Source: Syntrophales bacterium
Lineage (GTDB): Bacteria > Desulfobacterota > Syntrophia > Syntrophales > UBA6807
NCBI GenBank assembly: GCA_040767195.1
Contig: JAXGPA010000001.1
Location: forward strand, 480,001-544,000
Direction: 5' to 3'
DNA: 64,000 nt
Shown here: in pieces, positions 1-10,092 of the stretch
Position numbering within the stretch: position 1 is the stretch's first letter
How the letters are laid out: each line of letters starts with the position of its first letter
The notes under the pieces: model-generated
What the model was told of the DNA's origin: nothing
Databases searched by the model: none
What the model saw: only the letters and a program-made list of their open reading frames with translations
Translations under genes and position numbers: made by a program

Positions 1-266
1 ACGAGGATTCCTTCCCGCACGTTGGGGGCGCCGCAGACGATGGGAACGGTCCCGCTCCCCGTGATGACCTCGCAGAGAGAGAGTTTCCCCCCTTGCGGGT
101 GGGGTCTCACGGCACGTATTTTCGCCACGACGACACCGGTAAAACCGGGACTCACCCGGCTGATGGACTCCACTTCCAGCCCCGCCATGGTGAGCCTGTG
201 AGCCAGCATTTCCGGGGTCAGGTCGATGTCGATGTAATCCCTGAGCCAGTTCAGACTAACTTTCAT
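1..266 (-). CDS. pheT: Phenylalanine--tRNA ligase beta subunit, 5' part (runs off the window)
   Basis: Not in the ORF track. Manual translation from ATG at 266 gives MKVSLNWLRDYIDIDLTPEMLAHRLTMAGLEVE...IVCGAPNV, the typical PheT N-terminus; lies downstream of pheS. Confidence 0.97.
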   Translation of the reverse strand, partial: MKVSLNWLRDYIDIDLTPEMLAHRLTMAGLEVESISRVSPGFTGVVVAKIRAVRPHPQGGKLSLCEVITGSGTVPIVCGAPNVREGIL

Positions 267-461
267 GAGCTTATCTTCGGACTTTTTCTGGTGATGTTAA
301 AAACCCGGCGATCCCGTATATAATCGGAAACCGCTCCTTTAACGACGACAGCGCCGAAGACCGCGGCCCCTGGCGCCCGAATCCCGAGGCGGACTCAAAC
401 TTTTGCCTTCCGACGGATCGCGATGAATACGACGCCGCGCAGGGGCTTTTACGGGGAACCG

Positions 462-1478
462 TCAAAACTGCTCGAGAAAACGGGCGTCGTTCTCGAAGAA
501 GAGGCGGATATCGGTAATCCCGTACCGGAGCATGGCGATCCGCTCGACGCCAAGCCCGAAGGCGAATCCCGTGAATGCCTCGGAATCGTAATCCACGGCC
601 CGGAACACCTCCGGGTCCACCATGCCTGAACCGAGTATCTCCAGCCAGCCGCTCTGACCGCACACCCGGCAGCCCTTCCCCGTACACATGACACACTGGA
701 TATCCACTTCGGCACTCGGCTCCGTGAAAGGGAAAAAGCTCGGGCGGAACCGCAGGGTCGTCTCTCTTCCGAAAAGCCGTCGGAGAAAATAGGTCAGCGT
801 CCCTTTGAGGTCGCCGAAGGTGATCCCGCGATCCACCAGGAGCCCTTCCACCTGGTGAAACATGGGGGCATGGGACACATCCAGGTCCGGGCGGTAGACC
901 TTTCCCGGAGAGATGACCCGGACAGGGGGGCGGCGTTTCTCCATGGTCCGGATCTGAACGGGAGAGGTGTGGGTCCGAAGGACGATGTCGTTTTCCACGT
1001 AGAAGGTATCCTGCATGTCCCGGGCGGGATGGTCCTTCGGCATGTTGAGTGCCTCGAAATTGTAGTAGTCCGTTTCCACGTCCGGACCCTCGGCGATGTC
1101 GAAACCGAGGGACAGAAAAATCGCGCAGATCTCTTCCAGGGTCTGCGTGATGGGATGAATCCGGCCGCAGGGAACACCCCGCCCCGGGAGGGTCACATCC
1201 AGCTTTTCCCCCTTCAGGGCCTCCGCCTTGGCTTTTTCCCGGCGGGATTCCAGGAGAGACTCTATCCTCTCTGCCAGTTCCGCCTTGATGGTGTTGGACA
1301 GGCTGCCCAGGGCGGGCCGGTCTTCCGGGGGGACGTCTTTCAGGTTCCGGAGCACCTCCGTGAGGCGTCCTTTCCTGCCCAGGTAAAGGGTCCGAAGGGC
1401 GGCGATCTCTTCCGTCGAGGACGCCGATTCCAAGGCCTCCAGGGCACTTGCCCGCAGCGCTTCGAGCTTGTCCCGCAT
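462..1478 (-). CDS. pheS: Phenylalanine--tRNA ligase alpha subunit
   Basis: Motifs [47 protein letters not shown]. Confidence 0.99.
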   Translation of the reverse strand: MRDKLEALRASALEALESASSTEEIAALRTLYLGRKGRLTEVLRNLKDVPPEDRPALGSLSNTIKAELAERIESLLESRREKAKAEALKGEKLDVTLPGRGVPCGRIHPITQTLEEICAIFLSLGFDIAEGPDVETDYYNFEALNMPKDHPARDMQDTFYVENDIVLRTHTSPVQIRTMEKRRPPVRVISPGKVYRPDLDVSHAPMFHQVEGLLVDRGITFGDLKGTLTYFLRRLFGRETTLRFRPSFFPFTEPSAEVDIQCVMCTGKGCRVCGQSGWLEILGSGMVDPEVFRAVDYDSEAFTGFAFGLGVERIAMLRYGITDIRLFFENDARFLEQF

Positions 1479-1491
1479 AGCCCGCCGGCCC

Positions 1492-1839
1492 TTAATGTTT
1501 CACCATGGAAACGATCTCGGAAAAACGCGCCGGTTCGTGCACCGCCAGGTCCGCGAGGATTTTCCGGTCCAGGGTGATGCCGGCCTTTTTGATCCCGTCC
1601 ATGAACCGGCTGTAAGTCATCCCTTCCGCGCGGGTGGCGGCGTTGATCCGGGCGATCCAGAGCTGTCGGAAATTCCGCTTCCGTGTCTTCCTGTCCCGAT
1701 AGGCGTATTTCAGGGCCTTTTCCACCGACTCGGTGGCCAGGGTGTAGATGCGCTTTCTCGCGCCGAAGAAGCCCTTCGCCAGCTTCATGATTTTTCTTCT
1801 TTTCTTCTTCGCGTTGATGCTCCGCTTAACCCTCGGCAT
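1492..1839 (-). CDS. rplT: 50S ribosomal protein L20
   Basis: MPRVKR...[22 protein letters not shown]...[10 protein letters not shown]; operon position. Confidence 0.99.
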   Translation of the reverse strand: MPRVKRSINAKKKRRKIMKLAKGFFGARKRIYTLATESVEKALKYAYRDRKTRKRNFRQLWIARINAATRAEGMTYSRFMDGIKKAGITLDRKILADLAVHEPARFSEIVSMVKH

Positions 1840-1915
1840 GATTCAATAACTCCTCGAGATGGTCTCTTTTTTCACACATCCCGGTCCGGCCATGAATAAT
1901 GACGGACCGGTCTGT

Positions 1916-2116
1916 TCAGCGCGCGTACGGAATCAGGAGCTTGATCCCCTTTTCGTCCCTCTTGTTGAGAACCGTGTTCTTCCGCAGCGTCCGTTTTCTC
2001 TTTGTCGTCTTTTTTGTCAGGATGTGGCTGGCATAAGCCCGGCTCCGCTTGACCTTTCCGCGACCGGTCACGCTGAAGCGCTTCGCCGCTCCGCGATGTG
2101 TTTTCAGTTTGGGCAT
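1916..2116 (-). CDS. rpmI: 50S ribosomal protein L35
   Basis: [14 protein letters not shown]...HILTKK; start moved to ATG 2116, which has a GAGGTG Shine-Dalgarno (SD). Confidence 0.98.
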   Translation of the reverse strand: MPKLKTHRGAAKRFSVTGRGKVKRSRAYASHILTKKTTKRKRTLRKNTVLNKRDEKGIKLLIPYAR

Positions 2117-2176
2117 GAATTCACCTCGTTCATGTATTGGCATCCCCGCGGGACTTTCCCGGTTCCTGCAGGCTTT

Positions 2177-2689
2177 TCAGACTTTTTTGGGGGCGATCAC
2201 CATGGTCATGTGCCGCCCTTCGAGCTTGGGCTCCTGCTCGACCTGCCCGAGTTCTTCGACCTGCGCCCTGACCTGTTCCATGAGCTTCCGGCCCAGGTCG
2301 GCATAGACGATTTCCCTCCCCCGGAAAAGCATGTTTACTTTCACCTTGTTGTTCTGCTCGAGAAAGCGCCGGACGTGTTTCATCTTCGTTTCAAAGTCGT
2401 GGGATTCCGTTTTGGGCCTGAGACGGATTTCCTTGATCTGGATGATCACCTGGCTCTTTTTCGCGCTGTGAACCTTTTTGCTCTGCTGGTAGCGGTACTT
2501 GCCGTAATCCATGATCCGGCAGACCGGCGGGGTCGAATCGGGGGCCACCTCCACCAGGTCCAGGCTCGCTTTTTCCGCTTCCGACAGGGCCGCTCCCAGG
2601 GAGAGAATTCCGAACTGGGTCCCGTCGGGACCGATCACCCGGACGCTCTGGGCCCTGATCTCATCGTTCACACGATAATCCTTAGCTAT
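2177..2689 (-). CDS. infC: Translation initiation factor IF-3, probable non-canonical ATA start
   Basis: LDLVEVAP..PPVCRIMDYGKY and IKEIRLRPK motifs. In-frame ATA (2687-2689) lies 5 nt after a GGAGGT SD. Confidence 0.96.
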   Translation of the reverse strand: MAKDYRVNDEIRAQSVRVIGPDGTQFGILSLGAALSEAEKASLDLVEVAPDSTPPVCRIMDYGKYRYQQSKKVHSAKKSQVIIQIKEIRLRPKTESHDFETKMKHVRRFLEQNNKVKVNMLFRGREIVYADLGRKLMEQVRAQVEELGQVEQEPKLEGRHMTMVIAPKKV

Positions 2690-2749
2690 GTTCCACCTCC
2701 TTCATGTCGCCGGTCCTGTGCTTTTCCCGGACGGGCGATGTATCGCAAC

Positions 2750-4666
2750 TCACTCGAAGCGGTCTGTCTTTTCCAGAACCAGGCGGATGAAATCGGGAAC
2801 AGCCAGGGCCCCGAGATTCTCGCCGTCCCGCTGGCGGGGGGAAACGGTCCGAGATTCCACCTCCCGGTCCCCGATGACGAGCATGAAGGGCACTTTCTGC
2901 ATCTGTCCCTCCCGGATCTTGTATCCCAGTTTCTCGTTCCTGAAATCGCCTTCCGCCCGGACACCGGCCTCGCGAAGGGACCGGAGGACCTCCTCCCCGT
3001 AGGGGATGTGACGGTCCGTCACGGTCATGACCGTGGCCTGCACCGGGGAAAGCCAGAGCGGGAACGCCCCCCCGTAATGTTCGATGAGCACCCCCATGAA
3101 CCGCTCGATGGCCCCGAGGATGACCCGGTGGAGCATGACGGGACGATGCCTTTCCCCGTCGGCGCCCACATAGGTCAGGTCGAACCGCTCGGGCAGGGTG
3201 AAATCGCACTGGATCGTGGCGCACTGCCACTTGCGCTTCAGGGCGTCCTTCAGTTTGAAGTCGATCTTCGGGCCGTAGAAGGCGCCGTCCCCAGCGTTCA
3301 CCTCGTAGGCCATGCCGCGGTCTTTCAGGGAGTCTTCCAGGGCCGTGGTGGCCATTTCCCAGTCTTCATCGGTTCCGATGGACTTGGCCGGCCGGGTGCT
3401 CAGTTCCACCTCGTACTCGAAGCGGAAGATCCTCATGGCATCGTCGACGAACCCGGTGATGGCCTGGATCTCTGCGTTCAGCTGTTCCGGGGTGCAAAGG
3501 ATGTGGGCGTCGTCCTGGGTGAACTGGCGGGCCCGGAGGAGGCCGTGGAGGACCCCCGTCTTCTCGTGCCGGTGCACCGTGCCCAGCTCGAAATACCGGA
3601 GCGGGAGATCCCGGTAGCTTCGGATCTTGGACTTGTAAATGAGCATGTGGGCGATGCAGTTCATGGGCTTGATCCCGTAGAGCTCCTCGTCCACCTCGGT
3701 GAAGTACATGTTTTCCCGGTAGTGATCGAAGTGGCCCGACCGCTTCCAGAGATCGCCCTTCAGGATCTGGGGCCCCTGGACGATGTCGTATCCCCGCTTC
3801 AGGTGTTCCTTTCTTTCCCAGTCCTCGATAATGGTCCTGAGAAGAGCGCCTTTGGGATGAAAGATGATGAGCCCGGGACCGACTTCGTCGTTCACCTGGA
3901 AAAGGTCCAGTTCCCGCCCCAGGCGCCGGTGGTCCCGTTTCTTCGCCTCCTCGACAGCGGTGAGGTAGTCGTCCAGCTCGGCCTTCGTGGCGAACCCCGT
4001 CCCGTAAATCCGCTGGAGCATGGCGTTCTTCTCATCGCCCCGCCAGTAGGCGCCGGCGACGTTGAGAAGCTTGAAGGCCCTGATCCGCCCGGTGGAGGGG
4101 ATGTGAGGCCCCCGGCACAGGTCGACATAACCGCCCTGCTCGTAGAGGCTCACGGTGTCCACCTCTTCCGGCAGGTCCTCCAGAAGCTCGACCTTGTATA
4201 TTTCACCCCGGTCCCGGAAAAAACGGATCGCCTCGGCCCGGGGCAGTTCCCGCCGCTCGAAGGAATCGTCCCGGGAGACGATCTCCGCCATCCGTTCCTC
4301 GATCCGGGCCAAGTCCTCGGTGGTAAAGGTGTCCTTGAAATCGAAATCGTAGTAAAACCCTTCCTCGATGGAAGGGCCGATGGCCACCTTTACGCCCGGA
4401 AAGAGGTCCTGGACCGCCTGGGCCATGACGTGGGAGATGCTGTGACGGAGGACTTCCAGCCCGTCCCGGGAAGCCGCGGCGACGGGTTCGATTTTCCCGT
4501 CCTCGGTAACGCCGTGACTCATATCCACCAATTTCCCGTTGAACCGGGCTGCCACGGCCTCATCGAGACCTTTTGCCCCCGAGGATTCCAGGATGGTCTT
4601 CACGGAAGCACCGGCGGGGAATTCCGCCCTTTTCCCATCGGGCAACTGGATCTTTACGTTTTTCAT
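2750..4666 (-). CDS. thrS: Threonine--tRNA ligase
   Basis: TGS domain, [41 protein letters not shown]. Confidence 0.99.
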   Translation of the reverse strand: MKNVKIQLPDGKRAEFPAGASVKTILESSGAKGLDEAVAARFNGKLVDMSHGVTEDGKIEPVAAASRDGLEVLRHSISHVMAQAVQDLFPGVKVAIGPSIEEGFYYDFDFKDTFTTEDLARIEERMAEIVSRDDSFERRELPRAEAIRFFRDRGEIYKVELLEDLPEEVDTVSLYEQGGYVDLCRGPHIPSTGRIRAFKLLNVAGAYWRGDEKNAMLQRIYGTGFATKAELDDYLTAVEEAKKRDHRRLGRELDLFQVNDEVGPGLIIFHPKGALLRTIIEDWERKEHLKRGYDIVQGPQILKGDLWKRSGHFDHYRENMYFTEVDEELYGIKPMNCIAHMLIYKSKIRSYRDLPLRYFELGTVHRHEKTGVLHGLLRARQFTQDDAHILCTPEQLNAEIQAITGFVDDAMRIFRFEYEVELSTRPAKSIGTDEDWEMATTALEDSLKDRGMAYEVNAGDGAFYGPKIDFKLKDALKRKWQCATIQCDFTLPERFDLTYVGADGERHRPVMLHRVILGAIERFMGVLIEHYGGAFPLWLSPVQATVMTVTDRHIPYGEEVLRSLREAGVRAEGDFRNEKLGYKIREGQMQKVPFMLVIGDREVESRTVSPRQRDGENLGALAVPDFIRLVLEKTDRFE

Positions 4667-4883
4667 TCCTCTGACCCTTTTTTCATGACCATAGAGAACC
4701 CGCTTTCCTCACTTACATTCGTTCCGGTTCGGGGAGGAGCGGAGAAAGAGGGCTTGCAAAGATCGACAGGCAAGCCGCGAACGCCTCTATGGTTTCGGTT
4801 ACTTTTCCTGTGAATTCCAATCCGAATCCATGATTAAAGAAAGGGCATCCTCGAATGATCTCGTGATGCCCCTCATCGATTAA

Positions 4884-4958
4884 TGGTAGGCACGCAGGGA
4901 TTTGAACCCTGGACATCCACCGCGTCAGGATGGCGCTCTCCCCCTGAGCTACGTGCCT
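4884..4958 (-). tRNA. tRNA-Val (GAC)
   Basis: Reverse complement folds as a cloverleaf: acceptor AGGCACG/CGTGCCT, anticodon arm CCATC-CT GAC GC-GGTGG, T-loop TTCAAAT, encoded 3' ACCA. Confidence 0.97.
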
Positions 4959-4986
4959 ACATGGAATCACTTTCAAAAGCAGAGTA

Positions 4987-5015
4987 GAAATATCAGTAAA
5001 TCCTGTTCCTGTCAA
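4987..5015 (-). promoter_or_regulatory. Putative sigma70 promoter for tRNA-Val/thrS operon
   Basis: TTGACA (5010-5015), 17-nt spacer ending TGA, then TATTTC (extended -10-like), just upstream of the tRNA. Confidence 0.5.
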
Positions 5016-5075
5016 GCCTTAATCCTTCACAAATTTCTCTTTTCGACCACGAAAACCGGGCGGGCAGCGGGCCTC

Positions 5076-5612
5076 TCATGGCGGGCTGTACATGCGAAAC
5101 CCCTTCCAGATGTAGGAAAAACCCGAAAGAACGGTAAACAAGGCGGTAAGTCCGAAAAGTCCCTTCATGATCCAGGGGGGCAGGCTTCCGGCGAGGTTTA
5201 TCGCCGTGAGAACGTAAAAGACGGTGAACAGCTGGAGTGCCGTGGTCACTTTGCTCACCGCCACGGGCCGGATCTGGAAGGAAACGGAGAGGAGCGTCAG
5301 GAGCAGAATGCCGAAAAGGATGACCAGGTCCCGGGTAATGACGATAACGGTGAGCCACCCCGGAAGGAAACCCAGGATGGAAAGGGTGATGAAGGAACTG
5401 GCGATGAGGGCCTTGTCCGCCAGGGGATCGAGATAGGCTCCCAGGAGCGTTTTCTGATGCAGGACCCGGGCCAGGAAGCCGTCCAGGCCGTCGGTCACGC
5501 CGGCGAGAACGAACACGGCGAGGGCCATGGGGTAGGCACCGTCCATGAGCAGGATGACAACCAGGGGAACGAGAAGAATCCGGAGGATCGTGAGGAGGTT
5601 GGGGAGGTTCAT
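5076..5612 (-). CDS. CDP-alcohol phosphatidyltransferase (PgsA/cardiolipin synthase-like)
   Basis: MNLPNLLT.LR and D.LDG..AR....T.LGAYLDPLADK signature; hydrophobic. Confidence 0.93.
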   Translation of the reverse strand: MNLPNLLTILRILLVPLVVILLMDGAYPMALAVFVLAGVTDGLDGFLARVLHQKTLLGAYLDPLADKALIASSFITLSILGFLPGWLTVIVITRDLVILFGILLLTLLSVSFQIRPVAVSKVTTALQLFTVFYVLTAINLAGSLPPWIMKGLFGLTALFTVLSGFSYIWKGFRMYSPP

Positions 5613-5618
5613 CGCCGT

Positions 5619-6407
5619 CTACTTGGGCGGTTCCCCGGGTGTTTCTTCGATACGGGCGTCCCTTTCCTTGTTCCAGTCGACCCAGTCGTTCTTGTCTTCC
5701 GCGGTGGTGAACTCCCTCGGTTCCTCGGCGACACCGTCTGCGCCGATCCGGATCTGCTGCATCGATTTGACGATGAACACCCACTCTTCCATGGAAACCT
5801 TTGTGGGGCCGGGAACGGGCTTCGGGCCTGCCACTTTCGTCGGGGGACCGACGGGAGCGAAGGGCGGCGCCACGGGCTGCGGAGGCCTGGACACGGCCAC
5901 GGAACCGTCATAGACCCGGACAAGGGCCGACTGGTCCTCGTAAACATTCATCCGGTAAATGGTCCCGCGGGCACCGGCCACGGCGTTTTCCGAGGCGATC
6001 TCGAAGCCCGACTGGACGCCCAGGGTCCGGCTTACGTTAGCCCAGGTCCTTCCGAGAAGCACGTCGACTTTCACCTCTCTCGTTCCCGCATCCTCGTCGA
6101 CGGCGAGGGCCGCGAGCTTGAGGCGCGTCTTGTCGGCGAAACGGAGAATCGAGCCATCCTTGAGGAGGATTTCCATCCTGGAATCCGGTCCTGTCCTGAT
6201 CTCGCCGCCCGGGCCCACAAGATCGCCCGCGCAAAGAGCCGTCCAGGTTTGCTCCCCGCTTTTCATCGCCTCGGCAGTGCCCTCGAGGAAGGAAACTTTC
6301 GCCTCGTTTCCCCCGATGTCCACCGTTACGGGCCGCTTCGCCAGGCCATCCCCGGCAAAGGCCCACACCACGCAGGCCGCAAGAGCGATCGCGACTCGGG
6401 ATTTCAT
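5619..6407 (-). CDS. Exported FecR-domain protein
   Basis: Signal peptide from ATG 6407 (MKSRVAIALAAC...); IRTGPDSR.EI...DGS.LR and NAVAGARGT.Y FecR-like motifs. Confidence 0.8.
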   Translation of the reverse strand: MKSRVAIALAACVVWAFAGDGLAKRPVTVDIGGNEAKVSFLEGTAEAMKSGEQTWTALCAGDLVGPGGEIRTGPDSRMEILLKDGSILRFADKTRLKLAALAVDEDAGTREVKVDVLLGRTWANVSRTLGVQSGFEIASENAVAGARGTIYRMNVYEDQSALVRVYDGSVAVSRPPQPVAPPFAPVGPPTKVAGPKPVPGPTKVSMEEWVFIVKSMQQIRIGADGVAEEPREFTTAEDKNDWVDWNKERDARIEETPGEPPK

Positions 6408-6426
6408 TTCGGACCCCTTTTTCTCT

Positions 6427-7092
6427 CTATGAACCGAAAGGCCACCATTTTTCGAAAAAACCCTTTTTGGGAACCGCCATGCCGACGGCGTGAGGACCGT
6501 CGGGAAAGCCGGAAAGGGTCTTCGCCACCCCTTCGTGGAGGACCTCATCGGAAGCGATGACCGTCTTCACCTCGAGGCTTTTCTTCGGGAATCCCCAGGT
6601 CCGACGAACGGCCCCGCCTTCGGAACACCACAACGTCTCCCCCGTGGCCGCGCTCCGCAGGGCCAGGGTCATCCGGATTTCCGTGGGGGCGTAAAAAAGG
6701 ATGGACCTGGATTTCCACTCCTCTATGGTCCCGTAAAGAACGGCATCGACGCCGAGCAGCCGGCCCGCCGCTTCGGGGGAGATGGTTCCCCGTTCTCCCG
6801 ATGGGCCGGCCGGGTAGGCCTCTTCAAGTTTCTCGTCCACCAGATCCAGGGGAACCTTGGGATATCCCTTGAAAAACAGTTCCTCGTGCAGGAGTTTCCG
6901 GATATCACCGGCAGCCGTCTCATCCATCCCCGGGGCGGAGAGGGGCATGACGGCGATGAGCCGAACCGCTTTCTCCTCGAAATCGGGGACCTTTGTATAG
7001 GACGCGTCGGAACCGCACCCCCACAGGGCGACCGCCAGGGCGACAGCGGAAAGGAGAAGAAACACGCGGTTCATCATTAGACGGTCCGTCAT
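6427..7092 (-). CDS. Lipoprotein, GNA1162/DUF799-like
   Basis: Lipobox-like LWGC; IAVMP, LLGVDAVLYGTI, TGETLW motifs. Confidence 0.65.
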   Translation of the reverse strand: MTDRLMMNRVFLLLSAVALAVALWGCGSDASYTKVPDFEEKAVRLIAVMPLSAPGMDETAAGDIRKLLHEELFFKGYPKVPLDLVDEKLEEAYPAGPSGERGTISPEAAGRLLGVDAVLYGTIEEWKSRSILFYAPTEIRMTLALRSAATGETLWCSEGGAVRRTWGFPKKSLEVKTVIASDEVLHEGVAKTLSGFPDGPHAVGMAVPKKGFFEKWWPFGS

Positions 7093-8255
7093 TTCACAAG
7101 GCTTGCTTCCAGGCTGTTCTGGCTCACATTGGTGATATCGAGCGAAAAGCCCTCGAATTTGGCCAGCGCCAGCTCATCGGCCAGGGACATGGCGTTCCCT
7201 TCGATCTGGAGGTCCATTTTGGCCGTTCCACCTTCCATCTTCCGAAGGAAGATGTCCTGGACGCCCCGGACTTCCGTCTTCAGGGCGTCTTTCAGCCGGA
7301 TGAAGTCGGCGTAGCTTTTCAATCCTCTGACCGTGAGGGAAACCAGGGTCGTGGAAGCGACTTCGGACTGCCACTTGGCCACGATCTGGGCTTTCAGGTC
7401 TTCCGCCACGTTTCCCGCCGCTTTTTCCAGCGCGTTGGTGCCGCCGGTGATGTCGTCGATGTGGACGGCCGCCCCATGCCCCCCGGCGGAGGCGATGACC
7501 ATGCCCGTGTCCACCCGGACCGCCCGGGCGGTCACGTTGGCCTGGAGGGACTTCATGGCTGTCCCGGCGATATTGCCGGCATACTTGGCAAAGGCTTTCC
7601 CCACGATCACGAGCTCGGCGTCCACCTGCTCTCCCATCCGCACCGCCTCGGCATCACTCAGGTTATCCGACGCCATTTTCAATTTCCCGGCCAGGGGCGT
7701 CCGGTCCACGAAAGTGAACCCGTCCTTCAGGAAACTCGCGTGAATAACGTTTTCACAGACCGAGAGGTCGGTACCCCGCCAGTAATAATAGGGATGGGAC
7801 TGTCCCACGTTCTGCTCGGCCATGAGGACCATGATTCGCGGCATGTTTTTCCGCGCCATGAGCAGGCCCAGGGCCTGCAGGTCGTCCCGTATGTTCCCCA
7901 GGGAAACGGTGGCCCGGATCTTGACACGGTAGAGGTTGTCCCGGACGTCTTCATAGAAGATCGCGTAATTCTGGATGTACCCCTGGGACCGCGAATAGAT
8001 CCTGTCGCTCAGGACCTCATAATTCTGCACCATGGTCTCCGAGGAGATGAACGTGCCCACGGCCTGTTCCACCGCTCTTCTCAGGGCGTCCTTGATGGCG
8101 CTGTCCCTTCCGATGGCCTTGTTGTCGTTGACCACCGCGCCGGCGCCCTCGACGTCTATGGTGGTCACTTTCCCGTCCCCGGCCGCCAGGGCGCCCGCGG
8201 AGAAAAACAGGAGCAGTGCAAGGGCCCATGAAAGCAGGGCTGACCGCCGCCTCAC
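7089..8255 (-). CDS. Exported protein with FlgT-N/LPP20-like N-terminal domain
   Basis: Signal peptide; A..DALRRAVEQAVG.FI.SET.V.NY....D.I...S.GYI pattern. Confidence 0.65.
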   Translation of the reverse strand: MRRRSALLSWALALLLFFSAGALAAGDGKVTTIDVEGAGAVVNDNKAIGRDSAIKDALRRAVEQAVGTFISSETMVQNYEVLSDRIYSRSQGYIQNYAIFYEDVRDNLYRVKIRATVSLGNIRDDLQALGLLMARKNMPRIMVLMAEQNVGQSHPYYYWRGTDLSVCENVIHASFLKDGFTFVDRTPLAGKLKMASDNLSDAEAVRMGEQVDAELVIVGKAFAKYAGNIAGTAMKSLQANVTARAVRVDTGMVIASAGGHGAAVHIDDITGGTNALEKAAGNVAEDLKAQIVAKWQSEVASTTLVSLTVRGLKSYADFIRLKDALKTEVRGVQDIFLRKMEGGTAKMDLQIEGNAMSLADELALAKFEGFSLDITNVSQNSLEASLVK

Positions 8256-8283
8256 GATGAACCTCCTTCTCCGGGATAAAGCG

Positions 8284-8496
8284 CTACTCCCGGTTTTCTT
8301 TCAGTTTTTCGATCTCTTCCCGGACGACTCTCTCCGCGACGGCAGGGAAAAGCTCCCGGGCGACCCGTTCCACCGTCGCCGTCAGATGCTCCACCATGCC
8401 CCGGGGAAGAAAAGCCATGTCTTCCGGAACCCCCTCTTCGACAACGTCGGTCAGATCGAAGACGGGTTCTCCCGATCCCGGCAGATTATCCTCCAT
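8284..8496 (-). CDS. Small acidic hypothetical protein (PopZ/RomR C-terminal-like helix)
   Basis: 70 aa with GAGGG SD-like upstream; VFDLTDVVEE and ERVARELFPAVAERVVREEIEKLK segments. Confidence 0.6.
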   Translation of the reverse strand: MEDNLPGSGEPVFDLTDVVEEGVPEDMAFLPRGMVEHLTATVERVARELFPAVAERVVREEIEKLKENRE

Positions 8497-8573
8497 TTTC
8501 CGCTTTTCCCTCGTGGATTTTTATAATTAACGGCTTAGAACTACCATACCTCCCGGGGGAGTTCAAGAACCAA

Positions 8574-8695
8574 AAAAGGGGACAGATTTATTTTTCAGTC
8601 TCTCTCCGACCCAAAAAGTAAAAGGGGACGGTTTTAAATCCGTCCCCTTTTTTTAACGTAACGGGAGGGGTTCAGATATAAATCCGCCCCTCTTT
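8574..8695. repeat. REP-like palindrome cluster (GGGGACRGATTTA...TAAATCYGTCCCC family)
   Basis: Single arm AAAAGGGGACAGATTTATTTT, full hairpin AAAGGGGACGGTTTTAAATCCGTCCCCTTTT, and a degenerate third copy; may also terminate atpB transcription. Confidence 0.8.
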
Positions 8696-8702
8696 TATTT
8701 CA

Positions 8703-9356
8703 TTAATGGGCCTCCTGCATGGCCAGGGAAATGTAGATCATGGAAAGCATCATGAACACCAGCGTTTGAATGATGGACGTAAAGATCATGAGAATCACCA
8801 CGGGCAGGGGCATGAGAAAGGGCACGAGCATGAGGACGATGGCCAGGACCAGGTCCTCTCCGCGGATGTTTCCGAAGAGCCGGACGGAGAGAGAAAGGGG
8901 CCGTGCCAGGTGGCTCACGATTTCAATGGGAAGCATGATGGGCGTCATCCACCAGACCGGTCCGAGAAACTGTTTCACGTACTTGAACCCGTGCACCCAG
9001 ACCCCCACGATGTGGGTCAGGACAAAAACGAGGAGGGCCATGGAAACGGTGGTGTTCAGGTTGGCCGTCGGTGACTCGAAGCCCGGGAAAACCCCGAGGA
9101 GGTTGGACACGAGAATGAAGAGGCCGAGCGTGAAAATGAGCGGGAAAAACTTTTTCCCCTCTGGTCCCATGGCGTCTTCCACCAACCCGCGGAGGCTGTC
9201 GACAATCACTTCGAAAACGTTCTGAAGCCTGCCGGGGTAGATATCGAGCTTCCGGGTTACCAGGAAGGAGAGGATGAAAAGCAGGGCCATGACGAACCAC
9301 GTATAGGTGACGTGGGGGGGGAAATACGGGTTATCGAGAAATAACAGGGGATGCAT
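8703..9356 (-). CDS. atpB: F0F1 ATP synthase subunit a
   Basis: [21 protein letters not shown] (essential Arg), [13 protein letters not shown]. Confidence 0.97.
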   Translation of the reverse strand: MHPLLFLDNPYFPPHVTYTWFVMALLFILSFLVTRKLDIYPGRLQNVFEVIVDSLRGLVEDAMGPEGKKFFPLIFTLGLFILVSNLLGVFPGFESPTANLNTTVSMALLVFVLTHIVGVWVHGFKYVKQFLGPVWWMTPIMLPIEIVSHLARPLSLSVRLFGNIRGEDLVLAIVLMLVPFLMPLPVVILMIFTSIIQTLVFMMLSMIYISLAMQEAH

Positions 9357-9786
9357 TTTTATCCTTTAACCTCCTTAACGGGTTTATGTAATGTGCCGTC
9401 ACAACCGTCATGAAAACGCTGACGATGACCACGGAAAGCCCCGCGACGAGCCCCAGGACGTTTGCCGGCGTTTTTGTGATCACGAGGAAGAGGACCCCGG
9501 CGGTCAGGACCAGGCGGAGATAGTGTCTCACCAGCATGAAGGCCCGCGGTTTTCCCGGCCCGTTCCCGCCGACTCGCCGGCTTACGAGGATTCCGAGGTC
9601 CCGGGACAGGAATAGAAAGTTGACGATCCCGATAAGCCCGCCGAGAAAAAAGCCAAGGGCGACCGCCGAGGAAAACAGCATATACCCTGTCCCCGTTCCC
9701 GTGGCCAGAAGAGCCCAGCACACCCACTCAATCTTTTTCGGCAGGGGTGTCCCGGTTTCCTCCGCTTTCTTCTCCATGATCTTCAT
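9331..9786 (-). CDS. atpI: ATP synthase protein I
   Basis: Four hydrophobic segments, LGG.I..VNF..L and GL..GLSVV motifs, immediately upstream of atpB. Confidence 0.8.
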   Translation of the reverse strand: MKIMEKKAEETGTPLPKKIEWVCWALLATGTGTGYMLFSSAVALGFFLGGLIGIVNFLFLSRDLGILVSRRVGGNGPGKPRAFMLVRHYLRLVLTAGVLFLVITKTPANVLGLVAGLSVVIVSVFMTVVTAHYINPLRRLKDKNASPVISR

Positions 9787-10006
9787 CTTTCGGAAAGTAT
9801 TTCTTCACGAAGTGAAAAACATTCCTCAGACCCGCGGCGACTCCGATGAAAAAGAACAGGGCGGCAAAAATGTTTTTCGTTCCGAGCTGCCTGTCTATGA
9901 ACACGCCGATGAGAAGGCTCCCGAAAAGGGCAATGGCCATGCCGACGCCGAGGCTGCTGGCATAAGCCAATGTGAAGAACCATCTTCTCTTCTGCTTCCT
10001 GTCCAT
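9728..10006 (-). CDS. atpZ: AtpZ/AtpI-family (ATPase gene 1) membrane protein
   Basis: ASSLG..MA...GS..IG..IDR.LGT....F...G..AG.RN; start uncertain (10006 or 10021). Confidence 0.8.
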   Translation of the reverse strand: MDRKQKRRWFFTLAYASSLGVGMAIALFGSLLIGVFIDRQLGTKNIFAALFFFIGVAAGLRNVFHFVKKYFPKDEDHGEESGGNRDTPAEKD

Positions 10007-10092
10007 GGACGATGCCGTCATTAACACAAAGGGAGGGGGGATGTCAATTACTAAAAAAAGAGACCATGAAACCACCGTTTAAAAAAGACAGC

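Noticed and set aside
1859..4813. 984-aa plus-strand ORF and similar long plus-strand ORFs (e.g. 4902-6560, 34672-36819, 54865-56736, 58539-60341)
   Set aside because: Antisense shadows of well-supported minus-strand genes in high-GC DNA; no recognisable motifs.
4667..4958. tRNA-Val as an integration site or T-box leader for thrS
   Set aside because: No duplicated tRNA 3' end or integrase nearby, and no T-box consensus was seen in the spacer.
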